This document shows positions 55,427 to 64,000 of a DNA stretch of 64,000 bases, piece after piece. Origin of the DNA: Octopus vulgaris (lineage: Eukaryota); the NCBI GenBank assembly GCA_951406725.2, contig OX597829.1, positions 35,960,001-36,024,000 of the forward strand, in the 5' to 3' direction. A program made the position numbers and the translations under genes. The notes under the pieces are model-generated. The model worked only from the letters and a program-made list of their open reading frames with translations. It searched no databases and was not told the DNA's origin. The first letter of the stretch is position 1, and each line of letters starts with the position of its first letter.

Positions 55427-55750
55427 GCGCAGGAGTGACTGTGTGTTATGAAGCTAGCTTCTCCACCACATAGTTACGGATTCAGTCCCCGTGCGTGGCA
55501 CCTTGGCCTTTAATCTTCTACTATATTCTCGAGCCGACCAAAGCCTTGAGTGTGGATTTGGTAGACCACCATCGCTTGATAAGTGATGCTAACGTGTTTA
55601 CGCACCCCTAACTTAGCGGGCCGGCAAAAGATGGGTAGAATAAGTACTAGGCTAGGCTTATAAAGAATAAGTCCTGGCGTCGAATTTGTTCGAGTCAAGA
55701 TGGTACTCCAGCATAGTCGCTGTCAAATGGCTGAAACAAGTACAAGGATA
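55427..55750 (+). mobile_element. SINE family A lacking the internal microsatellite
   Basis: GCGCAGGAGTGACTGTGTG...GGATTTGGTAGAC joined directly to CACCATCGCTTGA. Confidence 0.85.
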
Positions 55751-56531
55751 ACAATATACACACGCGAGCGTGCACACACACACACAAAGACATACATATA
55801 CGAGATTCGAATCTAACAAACTTTTTATAAATGTTCCTATTCCACATTTACATTAATAGCAGACCAGTATAAACCAAATACGAAGGCATGTAGTTGTGAA
55901 GAGCAAGTTTTTAGCATTTCTTTAGATTGTAAGAAAATATTCAGAATTTTCTTTCAAAGTATTTTGCTTGTTCGAACTCAAATTCATTAAGAATATATAT
56001 CTGATGAATTTCTGTATATTAATACTGCATATGTACATCTAAATATATGAAGATATACACACATACACTCACATGCACGCAAATATGTATGTATATATTT
56101 GCGTATGTGTATTTATACATATGTATAATTACATGTGTGTGTGTGACTGTGTGTGTGGATATATATCAAATATATATATACATATATATATATACGTATA
56201 TGTATATATAAGTGTGTGTGTGTATACACATACACACACATATATATATATATATACACATATGTATGTATATATATACACATACACGTATATATATATA
56301 TATACTTATTTATATATACGCATATGTAAGTATAAGAACTGAAAGCGCTTGCACATCTATAAAAGCAAAACCCACACACAATTTGTTAAATCTTTTTCCA
56401 AATGCTATGGTCTTTCGACTTTTGAAAAAGGATTCTTTTCTCAATCTTGACTCTTTGAAAAAATCTTCTCTCCAAATATTATAACTGTATCAAAGAATTT
56501 CCCAAAAACTCCAAATATATATATATATAAG

Positions 56532-56773
56532 GTATACTAGCCATCTCAATATGGCTAAACACTAAGGGTGGGTGTTACTGTAGCTTTTAGCACCAGGAGA
56601 TCATCGTCTCCAGCTGGCTTTAGGCACACTTTCTGTGCCCTTATGGTATTTGCAAAAACCATAAGTGCATAGAAAGTGTGCCTAAAGCCAGCTGGAGACG
56701 ATGATCTCCTGGTGCTAAAAGCTACAGTAACACCCACCCTTAGTGTTTAGCCATATTGAGATGGCTAGTATAC
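56532..56773. repeat. 242-bp loopless palindrome
   Basis: Arms of 121 bp centred on TTTG/CAAA (56652/56653); 3 mismatches, all within 18 bp of the centre. Confidence 0.97.
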
Positions 56774-56825
56774 ATTACATTGTCGTTCAGTTACTGTTTA
56801 CATCTTGTTCAGAGATTTATTATTG

Positions 56826-56868
<43 letters not shown>

Positions 56869-56901
56869 GTTTATATGTATCTATCTATACATATATATAC
56901 G

Positions 56902-56946
<45 letters not shown>

Positions 56947-57693
56947 ATTTATATATATACATTCAAACGTACATACTATCAAACAAACAGACACACATAC
57001 GCAGACATACATAATATATATATATATTTATATATATAGATACACAGAAAACACGCATATGTACTATGTTTGATGAAGAAGAATATCGAATCGAATGGCT
57101 CCTTGTGTGAAATCTTATACACTATACGATTCATGATCCGGCATACCTGCAACACAATATAATATAACGAATATTGGAACGTTGGTTTAATCTTTTATCC
57201 GAAGACATATACACTCATAATAACTTCGCAATCATATATGTATATGTGCATGTGTATTGATCGTTTAGCTTTTATCTTTTACTTATTTTAGTACTATTTC
57301 TTTTTAAAGACTAGTACCGATTCTACTTTTCCAAGATGCTAGATTACGGGGACGCAAATACTAGGTTAGTTAGTTAAACAGAGCTTCTCAAGCGGTGACC
57401 GTGGGACAAACACACACCCTCACACTCTCATTCAGGCACATACACGCGCATATCTATGTATACAGCGGGCTTCTTTCATTTCCTATCTGCTAAATATGCA
57501 GATAAAGTTTTGGGCGGCCCAAGGTGGTACACAGTGACACTGCACGCCGCACCATGTGGTTCTGAAGCATGTCTATTACCACACAGCCACACATTCGTCT
57601 AGGCGTATGTAAATATAGGCGCGTGCGTGTGTGCATAGGTATATTCATATACATACATGCGTATATATATATGTATATATAAGTATATATATG

Positions 57694-57888
<195 letters not shown>

Positions 57889-57897
57889 CATACATAC

Positions 57898-57951
<54 letters not shown>

Positions 57952-57954
<3 letters not shown>

Positions 57955-58340
57955 TCGTCGTGGCACTCCACCGCTTACAACGACGAGGGTTCCAGCTGAT
58001 CCGATCAACAGAACAGCCTGCTCATGAAATTAACGTGTAAGTGGCTGAGCACTCCACACACACGTGTATCATTAACGTAGTTCTCGGGGGAGATTCAACG
58101 TGACACAGAGTGTGACAAGGATGGCCCTTTGAAATACAGGTACAACAGTAACAGGAAGAAAGAGTGAGAGGAATTCGTGGTGAAAGAGTACAGCAGTATT
58201 CGCCACAACCCACTGCCGAAGCCTCGAGGAGCTTCAGGTGTCTTTGCACTATTAACACTTACAATGCCCGGTCTGGGAAACGAAACCGCGATCCTGTAAC
58301 TACAAATCCGCTGCCCTTACCAACGGGATATTGCGCCTCC
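57952..58340 (-). mobile_element. SINE family C (tail alpha)
   Basis: Reverse complement of 5490-5842. Confidence 0.85.
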
Positions 58341-58350
58341 ACTTATACGT

Positions 58351-58400
<50 letters not shown>

Positions 58401-58401
<1 letters not shown>

Positions 58402-58615
58402 GTTAATCCAAACAAGAAAACACATAAACAAAAAAAAAAACACAACAACGCGAGGACGTGGAACAAATAAAGTATTATTGGACGCTCAGGAAAGAAGGGA
58501 AGAAGGAGGGTTTAACGTTTCGAGCGGAGCTCTTCGTCGGAAACATAGGAGAAGGAAAGATCCCGAGAAGGGAAGACAGAGGAAAAAAATCGCCAGTGAT
58601 ACTCACGAGGTCACA
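58401..58615 (-). mobile_element. F1 hammerhead element, full length
   Basis: Same boundaries as 11369-11571 and 40122-40330; (TA)n flanks. Confidence 0.8.
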
Positions 58616-59106
58616 TATATATATACATATATACACACATACATATGCATGCATGTATATACACATATATATATAGATATGTATATACGCATCTATATAT
58701 ATATCTACATGCATATAAGTATACATACACGCGTATATACACACATGGGATGTCAGTTGTGTGTGTGACAGTTGTAAGTGTTGTGTATGAGTGTATGATG
58801 TTCGTGACGATGCACAAATACGTGTTTCAATTTACCAATATTAACTGAAATTTGTCTCCCTTTACGTAACGTAATTTAACAATGAGATGATAAAATAAAT
58901 CGATGAGTACCAGGCAGAAATACGTACCTGGGATTTTTTGATTGAGAAAGCCCGCATGCTCACAGTCCACTACCAGAAAGTGGAATATGAATAAAATAAG
59001 ATAAAAATATTTACATTTGTATTCGTATGTATTATCCTGCTGTCTATAGATATATCTAGATGTATCTCTCTACCTTAATATATACATACACACACATGCA
59101 TACAAT

Positions 59107-59153
<47 letters not shown>

Positions 59154-59197
59154 GTATATACATACAAACATAGATACATGCATATATATATTCATAC

Positions 59198-59242
<45 letters not shown>

Positions 59243-59283
59243 TACACATACATATGTATATACATATGCATATTCATACATAT

Positions 59284-59352
<69 letters not shown>

Positions 59353-59417
59353 TACACATACATATGTATATACATATACATATTCATGCATATATACATA
59401 TATACATATATATATAC

Positions 59418-59505
<88 letters not shown>

Positions 59506-59722
59506 TTTAAACGTTTCCGTCATTAAATTGCAGCCATGATTGAGATCCGGAGGAGCTAATTTTTCTTAGCGTAGTACTTGTTCTAGCGATGTCTTTGCCG
59601 AACAGCTAGGCTACTGGCACATAAACACACCAGCATCAGTTCTCAAGCGATGGTGAGTGGACAAATAAAGACACAAAGATGCTCACAGATAAAGATTCAC
59701 ACACACACACACACACATACAT

Positions 59723-59762
<40 letters not shown>

Positions 59763-59798
59763 ACATATGTACATGCATCCTTATCTATGTATGCGTGC

Positions 59799-59833
<35 letters not shown>

Positions 59834-59937
59834 CAAATATATATATATATATGACAAACACAACGTGGCAAAGTTAGGTAGTTACCCAGCTAGCAAGGTT
59901 CACACACATACGCGCGCAAGTGACATGTGAATGTGTA

Positions 59938-59979
<42 letters not shown>

Positions 59980-60530
59980 TATGTATGTGTGTGCGTGCGT
60001 GTGTGTGTCTGTGTCTGTGCGGGTGTGTTTGTGCGCATGTGTGTGTTAGGTCCAGCTTATTCGCCCATGAAACTCTGGTCTATGTAAGTGTAAAATATAT
60101 GATCTTGAAATATTAATAATTACGAAATCGCCAAAAATGAAAGTAGAAAGAAAATATTGACCTTATTGCATATATGTAGTAAGGCAGATAATCATTAAAA
60201 TGTGGTCGGCGATATTGGAAAAGACATTTCTTTTATATCACATCTACAGTTTTTTTTATATATATTGCAGAAACAAGGCATTATTAAAATCATTGGCAAA
60301 TATATTCGTTTACTTTTGAAAAAGAAAAATTAGTGTACGATAAATTATGTTTATCAGTTGCTGATTTATATGAAAATTTGCAATCAATTATAAATAAGAT
60401 TAGTTTTAAGCTCCATAATAATTTTAGAATATATATATATATATGTATCTGGATGTATATATGTGGATGTAAGTATGTAGGTTTGAGAGTTTGCGAGGAT
60501 GCATGAAAGAGCATATGCTGGTGTGCGTGT

Positions 60531-60579
<49 letters not shown>

Positions 60580-60671
60580 TGCATACATATACATATATAT
60601 GTGTGTGTATGATATATAAGTGCGTATTGATGTACGCATGTATGTATACACACACATATGTGTGTGTGTGT

Positions 60672-60800
60672 GTTTTTTTCCAGATTATCTGCTCCTTCCT
60701 CCTTTTCGGTTTCTGACGAAGACACATGCTCGAAACGTCATTTCCATCCTTATTTTTCCATCTAAACCTTTCATTGAGCGTCATTTTAATACATCCACTA
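60672..60800 (+). mobile_element. F1-related element F3 with a canonical hammerhead core
   Basis: CUGACGA-AGACACAUGCUC-GAAACGUC (60713-60739); stems I and II decayed. Confidence 0.55.
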
Positions 60801-60959
60801 TATATCTCTAATTGTTTAAAAAAAATTTTCTTTTGTCTCTCAATCTCTGCTCTCTCTGCTCTCTCTTTCTATTTCTCTCTCTCTCTCTCTCTCTCAGTAT
60901 ATATATACGTATATCTGTGTGTATGTGTGAGTGTGTTCATGTCTGCGTATGTGTTTGTA

Positions 60960-61017
<58 letters not shown>

Positions 61018-61332
61018 CATGTACATACGCACACATTCGTATATCTACATACATGCATATGTATGTATGAAGGATGGATGGATGGATGGATGGATATACT
61101 TGATTCTAGTAGCAGAAAAATATTTGCTATGAAGAAATCTCCATAAAATATACGTTCATTCTGTCGGTGTTATTTTCATTTGCTTCAGGAATATTTAAGT
61201 ATTGGAATGCCAACGTACAGAAACACGCACTATTCATCAATAAACATTGTCTTTGTCGCTTATTCTCTGTCAATTACTGTTTTACTGTGTGTGTGAATGA
61301 GTGTATTTGTTTGTGCATGTATTTTTGTGAGC

Positions 61333-61451
<119 letters not shown>

Positions 61452-61551
61452 CATATATATATATATATATAAAATACGCATATGAAATATATATGTGTAT
61501 ATATACATATATGCATGTATATAAATAGATATATATACATAAATACATACA

Positions 61552-61587
<36 letters not shown>

Positions 61588-62198
61588 TGTGTGCGTGTGT
61601 GTTTGTGTAGTTACTGGCGGTTTCATGTATACATATATTCGTGCACGCATAAATACATTGACACTTTGACGATATGCTTTATATTTCTAATGAAGAAGTA
61701 AAAACGTACTCAATATACGTTACAAAAAATATGATTCTATCTATTCGGCTCATGCATCGTTGGGTTTTTTCAATTTCGTGAATATTCACTCAGTTATGTG
61801 GGTGTGATCGGTTATGTTCGTCAAATTTATGTTATCTATATATACGCATATCATTATTATTCTGTAGCTATACTTACTCTTATATATATATATATACATA
61901 TACTCATATATATACACAGATACACATATACTTATACCCGCACGCACACACTCACACATACTGATACATATACACATACATATATATATATATATACATA
62001 GATATATACATACATATACATACGTACACACACACACATACATATACATACGCACACACACACACACATACATATACATATACATATATATATATATATG
62101 TATGTACGTATGTATGTATGTATATATATATATATATATGTATGTATACATATTTATATATATATATATATATGAATATATATATATATATATACATA

Positions 62199-62239
<41 letters not shown>

Positions 62240-62740
62240 CTGTCGGTGGTGGAGAAAGTCTATTTCTGAGCTTTTGAATCATGTCGATAGAAAATTTTTG
62301 GCTTTATAAATAATGAATATACACTTATTTAATAGAAGCATATGTATGTGTGTAGTCTTCAAATTTTCTGAGTACATATATCGAATGATTCCAATTATTT
62401 AAGAAAGTTTTACCAATGAATATACATGCCATCTGATAGAGAGAGTATAAATTCATATATAATTAGGATTGCCGAATACAGGGCTAAAGATACAAATATG
62501 TGATTATAATTTGAAGCATTAGAATACATGACTAGTTTACTACTTTCTAGGAATATGCAGTGTTTGATCATAATGGCCATATTTGTCTGGCAGTAGGTGT
62601 GACGAACGCAAGTTGGAAGCAGGAACGAGGTGATTGCAGAGAAGAAAAGAATATATCACATATATGCACGAACGAGTGGTTTGAGGTGGCAGCAAAAGCG
62701 GTAGAAGAAATAACTAGATAATCGAAACTCGAGTAATAAA

Positions 62741-62778
<38 letters not shown>

Positions 62779-62895
62779 TTCGTACGCACATACTCACACA
62801 CACAATAAATATGTGTATATATACAATAATAAGCAGACACAGACGTATACAGGCATGTGCATTAATATATATGTATATATATATGTATATATATA

Positions 62896-62968
<73 letters not shown>

Positions 62969-63063
62969 GTATTTATATATATATATGTATATATATATAC
63001 ATATATATATATAGACATATATATATATATACATATATACATATACATACATACATACATACA

Positions 63064-63130
<67 letters not shown>

Positions 63131-63167
63131 GCACGTATATAAATATGTATGTATTCTTCTATTCGTT

Positions 63168-63718
<551 letters not shown>

Positions 63719-63731
63719 CATATATATATAC

Positions 63732-63785
<54 letters not shown>

Positions 63786-64000
63786 TCACATGCATACATA
63801 ACTATACATAAGAACAATATAAATATATTTATATGCGCATATGCATGTACGGATATCCATCCAACATTACATATGTATATGCATACATGAAAAAAATCTT
63901 CAGAATAATGACAATAATTACTGAACGGCCGAGTTTAACGCATGTAAATTAAGAAAAAAAAGGATATATAAACATGTATTGAGTTCTACTTCTATTTTTC

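Noticed and set aside
59170-59420. Short direct duplications within TA-rich tracts (also 26200-26440 and 50210-50290)
   Set aside because: Ordinary slippage or unequal exchange in microsatellites
62551-62721. 56-codon open frame after a TTTCTAG acceptor-like site
   Set aside because: Another frame reads RCDERKLEAG..LQRR, more like a decayed RTE ORF; no independent exon support

Overview
AT-rich, microsatellite-saturated eukaryotic non-coding DNA (intergenic or large introns), most likely from an octopus (inferred from the SINE families and the (TA)n/(CA)n/(GATA)n/(ATT)n load). No intact host gene can be supported, and nearly all supplied ORFs are microsatellite translations. The window is a mosaic of (i) about 30 full or partial copies of four tRNA-derived SINE families that swap heads, bodies and tails; (ii) LINE remnants (RTE, CR1-group); (iii) five deleted or rearranged Tc1/mariner derivatives; (iv) three Helitron pieces, including one complete non-autonomous element and a PIF1-helicase remnant; (v) many short Penelope-like (PLE) terminal elements inserted in (TA)n. 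The strongest non-obvious signal is about 18 type-I hammerhead-ribozyme-like motifs of several designs (variant cores CCGACGA, CUGUUGA and UUGAUAA; palindromic or loopless stem III; stem-II insertions up to about 80 nt). These include a fixed-boundary 200-bp element present 7 times. There are also several long fold-back palindromes, a SINE/LINE 3' tail whose hairpin covaries, a period-locked 26-bp diverged array, and weak candidate exons. All calls were made by eye, coordinates may be off by a few bases, and no database searches or folding programs were run.
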